Shown piece after piece: positions 36,342 to 45,101 of a DNA stretch of 64,000 nt. A model generated the notes under the pieces. That model saw only the letters and a list, made by a program, of their open reading frames with translations. It did not search any database and was not told the DNA's origin. Positions within the stretch are counted from its first letter, which is position 1; each line of letters begins with the position of its first letter. A program made the position numbers and the translations under genes. Origin of the DNA: Planctomycetota bacterium (lineage in GTDB: Bacteria; Planctomycetota; UBA1135; GCA-002686595); assembly GCA_029248265.1 (NCBI GenBank), contig JAQWJQ010000201.1:601-64600 (forward strand), read 5' to 3'.

Positions 36342-38534
36342 TCAGTCGATGGAGACGTGAGTCCCGCCGCTGTCCTCGGCGAGCCACTCCAGCACCTGGA
36401 GGTCCGCCCCGAAGGCGATGGTGTTGATCACCACGTTTCGCGTGGCGTTGCGCTCGGCGATCGCCTCTCGGATCAGCTGCGGATCGATGATGTCCCCGAC
36501 CGACGGTTCACCGTCCGAGAGGAGAAAGATGGTGTCGACATCAGGGTCGTCGAAGGCGAACTCGAGGCTCCCGAAGAGGTTCGTCCCGCCCGCGGCGCCG
36601 AGACGATCGATGTACGCCAAGGCGTCCTCACGGGAGTAGTCGTCCGCGCCGGCGACGCCGTTCTCGAGCCAGCTATCCACCCCACCAGAGAAGGGAGCAA
36701 GATTGAAGAGCGCGCCGGGTTCCAGTGACTGCACCGCCCGCGCGAGCTCCTCCTTCGCCACGTCAATCCGCGGCCGACCGAGCTCCCCCACGTACTCCGC
36801 CCGCATGGGCTCGTTCATGGAGCCAGAGACGTCGAGGATGAAGAGCACCCGGTGCGACTCGATCCGCACACCGAAGAACGCAGCGTTCGAGATCTGGCGC
36901 AGCTTGCGCTCCTCGCTCGCCGCGACGATGGCCTCGAGCTCGGCCTTCGGCACGAGCCTGAAGCTCTCGGCGGACTGAGCGCCCCACCACTTCTCCCAGG
37001 TGCTGGCACGTGCCCCGAAGGTCTGCCCCGTGAGCCGGAAGAGCGTGTCTCCGAACTCGACGGCCATACGGCCCTGCTCCTCGGACATCCGCTCGATGAT
37101 CGGGGTCAAGACCATCGTGTCCCGATAGGCCTCCAGGGCGTGGAGCGCGATCAGGCGCGTGGACCAGTTCGGGTCCGTGAGCTTCTTCATGTAGAGCTCG
37201 ACCATGTTCCGGCGGCCGAGCCGAGAGATCTCAGCCAGCGCCGCGTTGCGCTGGTCGAGCTCCTCGGAGTCCGTCAGAGACACGAGCCGCTCGACCCACT
37301 CATTCTCACCGTCGTAGAGGGCCGAGAGGCCGCGCAATGCAGCGGCTCGGACTCCCGACAGCTTGGTCTTCTCGAACAGCTTCTCGAGGTCCTCGATCGA
37401 CTCGCGGTCCCGCCGCTCGATGAGCGTATCGACGGTGGCGATGACCACCGCCTCCTGCTTGTCCCGGAGGCCCTTCCGGATCTTCTTGACGAGCTTGGGG
37501 TCGTTGTTGTTCGCCGTCGCCTCGAGCGCGAAGACCTTCTGCGGGGCCTTCCCCTTGCCGACGAGCTTCGCCAGCTTCTTCTGAATCCCCTCGTCCTTGA
37601 CCAGGGCCAGGCGCCCCGCGAGGTGGGCGCGCAGGGACTGCGGGGTGGTCGTCTTGAGGGCCACGTCGATCAGCTCCTCCGCGGCGTCGGCCCCCTGTTC
37701 GTCCAGCAGGATGTCCGCCGCGACGGCGCGGTCGCGGGGCGGGAAGTCCGCCCGACCGAAGATCGTCTCTGCATAGCGCAGCGCGGACTTCTCCCGACGC
37801 CGTGCGAGCTCTTCCAGCGCGGCTCGACGGACGCCGCCGCTGGGGTCACGCTCCAGGGCCGTCGTCAGTTCCTCCACGGAGAGGGACTCCACGATCGCGC
37901 CCATCGCGGTCGCTCGGAGCCGCGGCGTGGGCCAGATGATCGGCTTCTTCTCCTCCACCTCCTCCTCGTCTCCCTTCCGACGACGCCCCTTGCGCTTCTT
38001 CGATTCCCCACCTCGCAGCTCCTCCTGGACGCTGCCGAGCGAGCGCTCGTAGATCCGCCGGTACCACTCATCGTTCGAGTCGCCGCTCAAGCGGACGTGC
38101 AGCTCCATTGCGCGCTCTCGGAGGCTGTCGTCAGCGGTGGACTCGACGATGAGAGCCAGGAAGGAGGGCCCGTTCTGGGCGCACAGCCCCAGGCTCTCGA
38201 GCGCCGCGGTGCGGACCTCGAGGACCGGCTCCCCCACCGCCACGTTCATGAGCTTCTCGAGCGCGGGCTGGAAGGCGTCCTCGTGGTCGTCGAAGCGCTT
38301 GAGCTCGATCACCACCTCACGCCGGCGATAGGCGCTCGCGAACCTGTCGTAGGCCTCCAGCAGCGCCAGCATCGCCTCCCGCGTCTCGAACTCTGCGAGC
38401 GTGCGGACCTCCCCGTCCTCGATAGCGTCCCGCTCGGTCGCGATCCGGTCCCGCAATTCCTCGAACGACTGGGCCGAGGCGACGGACGGAAGGGCCAGGA
38501 GACTCAGAGAGATCAGGAGGCTGGGGAGCTTCAT
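36342..38534 (-). CDS. Exported HEAT-repeat protein with C-terminal VWA domain
   Basis: Start re-called at ATG 38534 (signal peptide, ATGA overlap); HEAT-like repeats; FFG...VLFILDVSGSM, GGTN, FLLSDGEP (MIDAS). Confidence 0.88.
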   Translation of the reverse strand: MKLPSLLISLSLLALPSVASAQSFEELRDRIATERDAIEDGEVRTLAEFETREAMLALLEAYDRFASAYRRREVVIELKRFDDHEDAFQPALEKLMNVAVGEPVLEVRTAALESLGLCAQNGPSFLALIVESTADDSLRERAMELHVRLSGDSNDEWYRRIYERSLGSVQEELRGGESKKRKGRRRKGDEEEVEEKKPIIWPTPRLRATAMGAIVESLSVEELTTALERDPSGGVRRAALEELARRREKSALRYAETIFGRADFPPRDRAVAADILLDEQGADAAEELIDVALKTTTPQSLRAHLAGRLALVKDEGIQKKLAKLVGKGKAPQKVFALEATANNNDPKLVKKIRKGLRDKQEAVVIATVDTLIERRDRESIEDLEKLFEKTKLSGVRAAALRGLSALYDGENEWVERLVSLTDSEELDQRNAALAEISRLGRRNMVELYMKKLTDPNWSTRLIALHALEAYRDTMVLTPIIERMSEEQGRMAVEFGDTLFRLTGQTFGARASTWEKWWGAQSAESFRLVPKAELEAIVAASEERKLRQISNAAFFGVRIESHRVLFILDVSGSMNEPMRAEYVGELGRPRIDVAKEELARAVQSLEPGALFNLAPFSGGVDSWLENGVAGADDYSREDALAYIDRLGAAGGTNLFGSLEFAFDDPDVDTIFLLSDGEPSVGDIIDPQLIREAIAERNATRNVVINTIAFGADLQVLEWLAEDSGGTHVSID

Positions 38535-39454
38535 GGGCGCGGCGGCCCGCCGAGGCGGGACTTCTTGTCGATGAGGTCTGCGACCAGACCGAGGGTGAGT
38601 GTCTGGACCAACGCCACGAACATGAGGACGGTCTTGTCTCCAAGGTTGGCGCCGCCCTCCACGAGGAAGAGGTCGTAGAAGAGCGAGGCCCCGAAGAGCA
38701 GCGCCACCAGGCCGCCGAGGGGGTAGAAGACCTTCAGCGGGTTGAAGTAGACGACGGTCCGGATGATCAACGCGAGGAAGCCCAGGGTGTCCCGGACCGG
38801 GCGGATCTTGGAGCTCCCAGAGCGCTGCGCGTAGTCGATCGAGACGTAGTCCACCCGGTGCCCGTTGGTGAGAGAGGCGAGGGTGATCGTGGTCGTGAAG
38901 CTGAACCCGTTGGGGAAGATCGACTCGTAGCGCAGGCACAGATCGCGCCGGATGGCCCGCAGCCCGGAGTTGAGGTCGGGGATCGGCTCGCCGGCCAGGT
39001 AGGCCGCGATGCCACGCAAGATCCGCTTGGCAGGGCGGCGTTGCCAGGGGATGTGGACGTCCGCGCCGGTGCGGGCACCGACCGCCATCTCCGCGCCGCC
39101 GTCCACCCGCTCGAGGAGATCCACGATCCGATCCTCGGGGTAGGTCCCGTCCGCGTCAGTGATGACGATGATCGAGTGGGCCGCGGCCCGGATGCCGGTC
39201 TTGAGCGCCGCGCCATAGCCGCGGTTGACGCGGTGATTCAGCACCGTGAGCGGCTCGAACGCTGGCTCGAGACGCGCGAGGACGTCCGCTGTGCGGTCGC
39301 GGGACCCGTCGTTGACCACGAGGATCTCCGTCGGGCGGCCGAGATCGAGAGCCGCAAGGCGCTCGACGACGCCCTCGATCCCGTTCTCCTCGTCAAATGC
39401 GGGGACGACGATGGTGACGCCGTTTGGATTCTGAGTGTGTTCCGGCTGCGACAT
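38531..39454 (-). CDS. GT2 glycosyltransferase (polyprenol-phosphate glycosyltransferase-like)
   Basis: IVVPAFDEE, VNDGSRD, NRGYGAALKTG, TDADGTY, DLNSGLR, two C-terminal TM helices. Confidence 0.9.
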   Translation of the reverse strand: MSQPEHTQNPNGVTIVVPAFDEENGIEGVVERLAALDLGRPTEILVVNDGSRDRTADVLARLEPAFEPLTVLNHRVNRGYGAALKTGIRAAAHSIIVITDADGTYPEDRIVDLLERVDGGAEMAVGARTGADVHIPWQRRPAKRILRGIAAYLAGEPIPDLNSGLRAIRRDLCLRYESIFPNGFSFTTTITLASLTNGHRVDYVSIDYAQRSGSSKIRPVRDTLGFLALIIRTVVYFNPLKVFYPLGGLVALLFGASLFYDLFLVEGGANLGDKTVLMFVALVQTLTLGLVADLIDKKSRLGGPPRP

Positions 39455-39516
39455 GGGGTGAGCGCAAGGCTAACGAGCCCACGCGCCCCGCGCGCAACGG
39501 CAACAGCGATTCACGG

Positions 39517-40650
39517 TCAGCTGCGGTCGAACAAGGGATCCCGCGCCGGTGCGAGACGCTCCGCGACCTTCCGAGCCATGCCGGTCAGGGCGAGCTCCGC
39601 CGCCTCTTCCGGCCCGAACCAGGCCGCCCCCTCTCCGCCCGAGGCGGCCATCCGAGCCGACCGCACCCGGGCCCGTATTCGGTGGTGGGTGATCCCGTGG
39701 GTCAGGGCGATCAGGTCGTGCTCCGGCTCGACCACAGGAGCGAGCCCTGGCCCGAGCTCCTCGGGGAACAGCCCGGAGGAGGTCACCTCCACCGTCGGGA
39801 ACTGCCACATCCCGCCCATCAGGCCTCCCTCAGGGCGCTGCTCCAGCAGCCACCGTCCCCCCCGTTCGATGACGTAGACCTCCAGCTCCACCTCCGTGGA
39901 GGCCCGCCGCGGCTTCGGCCGCGGGATCCCCACGGCGTTGCCCCGCGCCTTCGCAACACATTCCTCGGCGAGGGGGCACTCGTCGCACCTGGGAGCCCGC
40001 GGAGTGCAGACCAGCGCGCCGAGCTCCATCAGCGCCTGGTTCCAGACGCTCGGCCGCACCGCCCCCTCGAGCCGCTCGACGAAGAAGGAGGCCGCGGCCC
40101 AACAGGCGCGACCGAGCGGGCCAGAGGCGCGGACGCCCTCCATGCCGAAGAGCCGCGCGAACACCCGCTCGACGTTGCCGTCCACGAGCGGTGCCGGCAC
40201 GTCATAGGCGATCGAGACCACGGCCCCCGCGGTGTAGGGGCCGACCCCAGGGAGGTCCAACGCGGCTCCGAGGTCCCGCGGGAAGACCCCTTGATGCTCG
40301 CTCGCGATGACGCGCGCCGCCGCCTGGAGGGAGCGCGCCCGGCGGTAGTAGCCCAGCCCAGACCAGGCCTCGAGGACCGCCTCCTCCTCGGCCTCAGCGA
40401 GCGCCGTCGCGGTCGGGAAGCGCTCGAGGAAGCGGGGCCAGTACTCCTTGACCGTCTCCACCCGCGTCTGCTGGAGCATCGCCTCGCTGACCCAGATGGC
40501 GTACGGGTCGCTGGTCCGACGCCACGGGAGGTCGCGCTTGGCCGCGGCGTACCAGAGGGTCAGCTCCCGTCGAACGGACCGGGCCGTCACCTCGCCGGGG
40601 GGGGCAAAGCGGACCTCTCCCTCCGGCTCCTGTTCCTTCTTCGACGACAC
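39517..40650 (-). CDS. mutY: A/G-specific adenine glycosylase
   Basis: RDLPWR, WVSEAMLQQT, WSGLGYY.RAR, LPGVGPYTAGA, VDGNVERV, C-x6-C-x2-C-x5-C Fe-S motif. Confidence 0.95.
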   Translation of the reverse strand: MSSKKEQEPEGEVRFAPPGEVTARSVRRELTLWYAAAKRDLPWRRTSDPYAIWVSEAMLQQTRVETVKEYWPRFLERFPTATALAEAEEEAVLEAWSGLGYYRRARSLQAAARVIASEHQGVFPRDLGAALDLPGVGPYTAGAVVSIAYDVPAPLVDGNVERVFARLFGMEGVRASGPLGRACWAAASFFVERLEGAVRPSVWNQALMELGALVCTPRAPRCDECPLAEECVAKARGNAVGIPRPKPRRASTEVELEVYVIERGGRWLLEQRPEGGLMGGMWQFPTVEVTSSGLFPEELGPGLAPVVEPEHDLIALTHGITHHRIRARVRSARMAASGGEGAAWFGPEEAAELALTGMARKVAERLAPARDPLFDRS

Positions 40651-40655
40651 GCCGC

Positions 40656-41921
40656 TCAGAATAGCACTCGCGCCCGCAGGGTCCCTTCCAGCCCACGAAG
40701 CTCATCCATGAGCGCACTCGCCGCGCCCCGCTCCGCCGCCACATCCATCACGACATATCCCACGTCGTTGAGCGTCTGGAGGTACTGCGCGTCGATGTTG
40801 GCCGAGCTCCGGCCAATCACCTCGGTGATGGCGCTCATGATCCCCGGGCGGTTCTCATGAACGTGCAGCAGGCGCGCGTCGCCCGTGTGCGGCGGTAGAG
40901 CCACCTCGGGGAAGTCCACCGCCGAGAGGGTCGAGCCATCGTCGCTGTAGCGCAGCAGCTTCTCGGTGACCTCGCGCCCGATGCCCGCCTGAGCCTCCTC
41001 CGTGCTGCCGCCGATGTGCGGGGTGAGGAGCACGTTGTCGAGCCCGACGAGCGGCGACGCGAAGCCGGCGCCAGAGGTCTTGGGCTCCTCGGGGAAGACG
41101 TCCACGGCGGCGCCGGCCAGCCGCCCGCTCTCGAGCTCACCCCGCAGCGCGACGAGGTCGACAACCTGCCCCCGAGACGCGTTCAGGAGCACCGCCCCGT
41201 CCTTCATCTGGGCGAGCTCTGCGGCCCCCATCAGGTCCCGGGTCGAGGGCAGCTCCGGCACATGGAGCGTCACCACATCCGAGCGGCCGAGCAGGTCTCC
41301 CAGGCTCTGTGCGCTCTCGGCGTTCCCAAGGGTGAGCCGCGACACCACGTCGTGGTAGATCACCCGCATGCCGAGCATCTCGGCGAGGACGCCCACCTGG
41401 CTTCCGATGTGGCCATAGCCGACGACGCCGAGGGTCTTGCCCCGGGCCTCGTGGCTCCCCGCTGCAGTCTTGAACCACTCGCCGCGGTGGCAAGCCATGT
41501 TCTTCTGGGGCACGCCGCGCAGGAGCATGATCGCCTCCGCGATGACGAGCTCCGCGACGCTGCGAGTGTTTGAGTACGGCGCGTTGAAGACCGGCACCCC
41601 GCGGCGCCGCGCCACCGCCGTCGCCACCTGGTTCGTCCCGATGCAGTAGCAGCCGATGGCCACCAGCTTCCGCGCGCTCTCCAGCGCGCGTTGATCCAGC
41701 TGAGTGCGCGACCGGATCCCGAGGAAGTGGACCTCTTCGAGGGCGCTGTGAAGCTCGTCTCCAGTGAGGGCGCGACTGACCTGTTCGATCCGCGAGTAAC
41801 CGGCCTGACGAAAGGCGTCCGCGGCCGTCTCGCTGATCCCCTCCAGCAGAAGGACCCGAATCTCGGAGCGAGGGAAGGAGGTCTCCCCAGGCGACGGCGG
41901 CGTCGAAGCGTCTTGCATCAC
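40656..41921 (-). CDS. serA: D-3-phosphoglycerate dehydrogenase
   Basis: GIRSRT, CIGTNQV, NAPYSNTRSVAE, GYGHIG, TPHIGGSTEEAQ, C-terminal ACT domain (H.NRPG). Confidence 0.95.
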   Translation of the reverse strand: MMQDASTPPSPGETSFPRSEIRVLLLEGISETAADAFRQAGYSRIEQVSRALTGDELHSALEEVHFLGIRSRTQLDQRALESARKLVAIGCYCIGTNQVATAVARRRGVPVFNAPYSNTRSVAELVIAEAIMLLRGVPQKNMACHRGEWFKTAAGSHEARGKTLGVVGYGHIGSQVGVLAEMLGMRVIYHDVVSRLTLGNAESAQSLGDLLGRSDVVTLHVPELPSTRDLMGAAELAQMKDGAVLLNASRGQVVDLVALRGELESGRLAGAAVDVFPEEPKTSGAGFASPLVGLDNVLLTPHIGGSTEEAQAGIGREVTEKLLRYSDDGSTLSAVDFPEVALPPHTGDARLLHVHENRPGIMSAITEVIGRSSANIDAQYLQTLNDVGYVVMDVAAERGAASALMDELRGLEGTLRARVLF

Positions 41922-42012
41922 GGCTGGAGGATGCCCGGCGGGTCCGTCGAAGTCCCCTGTGGATCACACGAATCCCCGCCCCGCGGCCCAACAACGCAGC
42001 TACGTTTCCGCC

Positions 42013-44523
42013 ATGGATGGCTTCCTGAAGCGCGGCATGACCAAGGCCTCCGCCCTGGCGACGTTGCTCGGGGTCGGGGTCGGCGGGGCGCTCGCCCGGT
42101 TCCGTGCGCCGCTGTTCCCGGACCTGCTCGACCTGTCAGGACCAGAACCCTCGGAGGCGGCCTTCACCCGTGCGGCGGGCCTTGTCGCCGCGGCGCTCCT
42201 CGTCTTCGCGGCGGGTCCCGTGGTTCGGCGAGCGCCTGGCGCGCTCCTGGCGGGCGCCACCGCGGGGGTCGCCACCTCCCTGCTGGATCCCCTGGACGGC
42301 GGCCTCCTGGTCGGGGTCGCCCCTCCCTGGCTCGTGGCCTGCCCTTGGTTTGCGCTGGCCGCGATCGTCGCCTTCGTCGCTCGGCGCCAACTCGGCTCCT
42401 ACGCGTCCTCACGGGTCGAGGATGGCGCGCCCGCCACCTCCCCTGCCCTCCTCGCCGGCGTCCTGATCTCGGCCTCCGGCGCCACGCTTGGCCTCGAGGG
42501 GCTGGCGCGACTCGCCCTCCGGCTCGGCCTCGCGACTCGCGGGGAGGACGCCCTGCTCGCAACGGTCCTCATGGCGCTCCTCACCACGGGCGGCCTGATC
42601 TTCGGGCGCCCTGCGCTTCGAGGAGGCGCCAGCCGATGCGCCGGCGCCGCGCTCGGCGCCGCCACCCTGAGCCTCGTCGCCCTCGCCCTCGCTGCCGGCA
42701 TCGCCGAACCCCTGGGGTTCAAGGCCCTCTGCGCCCGGATCCACGCGGACGCCTCCCTCGCGGGGACCCCCACGGTCGGCGCCTTCGTGGCGCTGGTCGT
42801 CCTGCTCCTCCCCGCCCTCGCCGCGGGCGCCACGCTCCACCTCACCCGTCGCCCTGCGGCCATGGCAGCCGTACTCCTCGGGGCCGCGATCGCCGTCGCC
42901 GCTGCCCCGGGTCTGCTGGCCGCCGACCCGCTCGCGTCCATCCTCGGTGCGGGCCCTGGCTCCGGATCCGCAGGGCTGGTGAGGCTCGGCGCCATCATCG
43001 GCGGAGCGGGAACGCTGCTCCACGTCGCCCTCCATCGTGAGGGCCCACGCCTGGCCCTCGGAGGAGCGGGCCTCGGCGTGATGCTCGGCGCCGCCGGCCT
43101 CCCCGTCCGCCCGGTCCCGGTCCTCCACCCCTGGGAGCCCTTCCCCGTCGAGCCCCTCGTTGTCTTCGAGACCGTAGACGGCCAGTTCATCGTCGACCCC
43201 ACAGGCCGCGGCCGCCGCCGGGCCTCCCTGGACCAACGCCCCCTGAGCCCCCGTGCCCGGGGGCTCGCCGGCGAGGCCGCGCGGCTGCGCGCCTCGGTCG
43301 AGGCCGTGGGCCCGGCGCCCGTCCGGCGCATCCTGTTCGTGGGCCTCCTCACGCCCGAGCGTGCGCAGACCCTCACGACCCTCGGCATCGGCCACGTGGA
43401 TCGCACCGCCGGCTGGTGGCGGAGCATGGCCTTGGTCGAGGCAGCCGTCGGCACGGATCAGGTCGGCATGCCAGGTGAGGTCCTCTCCCGCAAGGTCGCC
43501 CGACAGCGAGCCTGGGCCGGGGACTACGACCTGGTGCTCGCCCCAGGCACAGGGGCCTCGGGGCCGCTGCCCGCCTCACTCGGACTCCGGCTCGGGGACG
43601 GCGCCACCCCGATCATCGCGTGGCGCAAGGCGGATCGAATGGCGCGCCACCTCCCGTGGTCCGCGACTCTGCTGCGCGCCACGGACGGCCTCCTCACGAC
43701 CTCGATGGCGTGGACCGCCGGCGAAGTCTTCGGCACCGAGCGCCCCACCGAAGCGGGCGCCACGGTCAGCAGGTGGGAGTGGCTGCGGCTCAAACCCGAG
43801 GATCGAGCGCGGCTCGCGACCGCCGAGGCGGAGGTCCGGATCTCGAGGTCGTGGACGGCGAGCTCGGTGGACCGCGCCGTCGCCTGGCACGCCCTCACTC
43901 AGGCCCCCAGCTCACCCTTCGAGTCCGCCATCGAGCAGGTCGAGCTGAGCGACGCTTCCCTGGACCTGTTGCGGGAGGGCGCTGTCGGGAGCCCGGCCCT
44001 CTCCCCCTTCGATCGCGGCGTGATCGAGGACGCGGCGCGGGTCCTCACCGAGAAGCGCCTCGTCCCCGAGGTCGTGCGCTTCGCCGGGCCGATCGCGGAG
44101 GCTCACCCTGGGTGGCCCGCCCTCGAGCGCGCCCTGGCGCGCGCGGACCTCGAGGAGCTGAATCCCGAGGCCGCCCTCGCCCGTCTGGAGGCCCTCACGC
44201 GCGGCCCTACTGGCCAAGGCGCGGCGCCCGTCGCGGAGCATCGAGACACCGCGCTGCTCCGCACCGCAGCCCTCCTGGAGCTCGACCGGCCCGCTGACGC
44301 CGCCGCCGCCCTGCGAACCATGGCCCAGGCTCGGCCTGGGGACCTGGAGCTCAGCCTCCGGCTCGCCGACGCCCTGGTGGCCGCAGGGGACCCGGAGGGT
44401 CGTCAGCTCGCCGCCCGACTCTACGCCGAGCACCCCGGTCACCCGGAGCTGTTCGGACTCGCACAGGGAAAGCGCGGAATGACCTCGCTGGACCCTGATC
44501 CAAGCCGCCGCGATGGGCGATGA
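42013..44523 (+). CDS. Multi-pass membrane protein with degenerate spermidine-synthase/SAM-fold-like region and C-terminal TPR-like helices
   Basis: About 12 hydrophobic segments, then VFETVDGQFIV...RRILFVGLL...YDLVL; ATG 42013 preceded by TACGTT. Confidence 0.65.
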   Translation: MDGFLKRGMTKASALATLLGVGVGGALARFRAPLFPDLLDLSGPEPSEAAFTRAAGLVAAALLVFAAGPVVRRAPGALLAGATAGVATSLLDPLDGGLLVGVAPPWLVACPWFALAAIVAFVARRQLGSYASSRVEDGAPATSPALLAGVLISASGATLGLEGLARLALRLGLATRGEDALLATVLMALLTTGGLIFGRPALRGGASRCAGAALGAATLSLVALALAAGIAEPLGFKALCARIHADASLAGTPTVGAFVALVVLLLPALAAGATLHLTRRPAAMAAVLLGAAIAVAAAPGLLAADPLASILGAGPGSGSAGLVRLGAIIGGAGTLLHVALHREGPRLALGGAGLGVMLGAAGLPVRPVPVLHPWEPFPVEPLVVFETVDGQFIVDPTGRGRRRASLDQRPLSPRARGLAGEAARLRASVEAVGPAPVRRILFVGLLTPERAQTLTTLGIGHVDRTAGWWRSMALVEAAVGTDQVGMPGEVLSRKVARQRAWAGDYDLVLAPGTGASGPLPASLGLRLGDGATPIIAWRKADRMARHLPWSATLLRATDGLLTTSMAWTAGEVFGTERPTEAGATVSRWEWLRLKPEDRARLATAEAEVRISRSWTASSVDRAVAWHALTQAPSSPFESAIEQVELSDASLDLLREGAVGSPALSPFDRGVIEDAARVLTEKRLVPEVVRFAGPIAEAHPGWPALERALARADLEELNPEAALARLEALTRGPTGQGAAPVAEHRDTALLRTAALLELDRPADAAAALRTMAQARPGDLELSLRLADALVAAGDPEGRQLAARLYAEHPGHPELFGLAQGKRGMTSLDPDPSRRDGR

Positions 44524-45085
44524 TGTGCGGGTGCTAGCTCCCCTCCGATCCACCGCCCTCCTGCTCCTCTGCGGTCTCTGCGCGGCCCTCGCGGGCCCCG
44601 CCGAGCCCGGCGGGGGTGCGCTCGGCGGTCTCTTGTCGCGGAGCGACGGGGGCATCCTCGGCACCGTCGTGAGCCACGAGGTGCGGGCCTTCGAGGCCCC
44701 CGACGGCGAGGAGGTGTTCTTCACCACCGTCGGTGTCGAAGGCACGGACCTTGCTACCGGTGCTCCGGAGACCCTCGAGGTGACCTTCTCCGGCGGGTTC
44801 ATCCACGCGACGCGGGGCGCTCACAGTTCCACGGCGCCCCCCGCAGACGAGGTCCGCACCGGGCGCCGAGTCCTCATGTTCCACCGCCACGTCGATCACA
44901 TCGCCGAGGGCTTCAGCGGCGACGTCCTTGTGGACGGACGCGAAGGTCTCTTCCCCTGGTTCAGCAGCCGACGCGGAGAGACCATCGTGCAAGGGCGCGG
45001 GCGCGCGATCACGCGCAACGTCCGCCTGCTGCAACTCCGTGACACCGTACGTCGCTGCCGCGAGACGCTCGGGCAAGGGCGCTGA
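44513..45085 (+). CDS. Hypothetical exported protein
   Basis: Signal-like N-terminus; LLSRSDGGILGTV...FT...GG...G.RVL.F pattern; overlaps the upstream stop. Start uncertain. Confidence 0.65.
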   Translation: MGDDVRVLAPLRSTALLLLCGLCAALAGPAEPGGGALGGLLSRSDGGILGTVVSHEVRAFEAPDGEEVFFTTVGVEGTDLATGAPETLEVTFSGGFIHATRGAHSSTAPPADEVRTGRRVLMFHRHVDHIAEGFSGDVLVDGREGLFPWFSSRRGETIVQGRGRAITRNVRLLQLRDTVRRCRETLGQGR

Positions 45086-45101
45086 GCGAAGAGAAAGAGC
45101 C

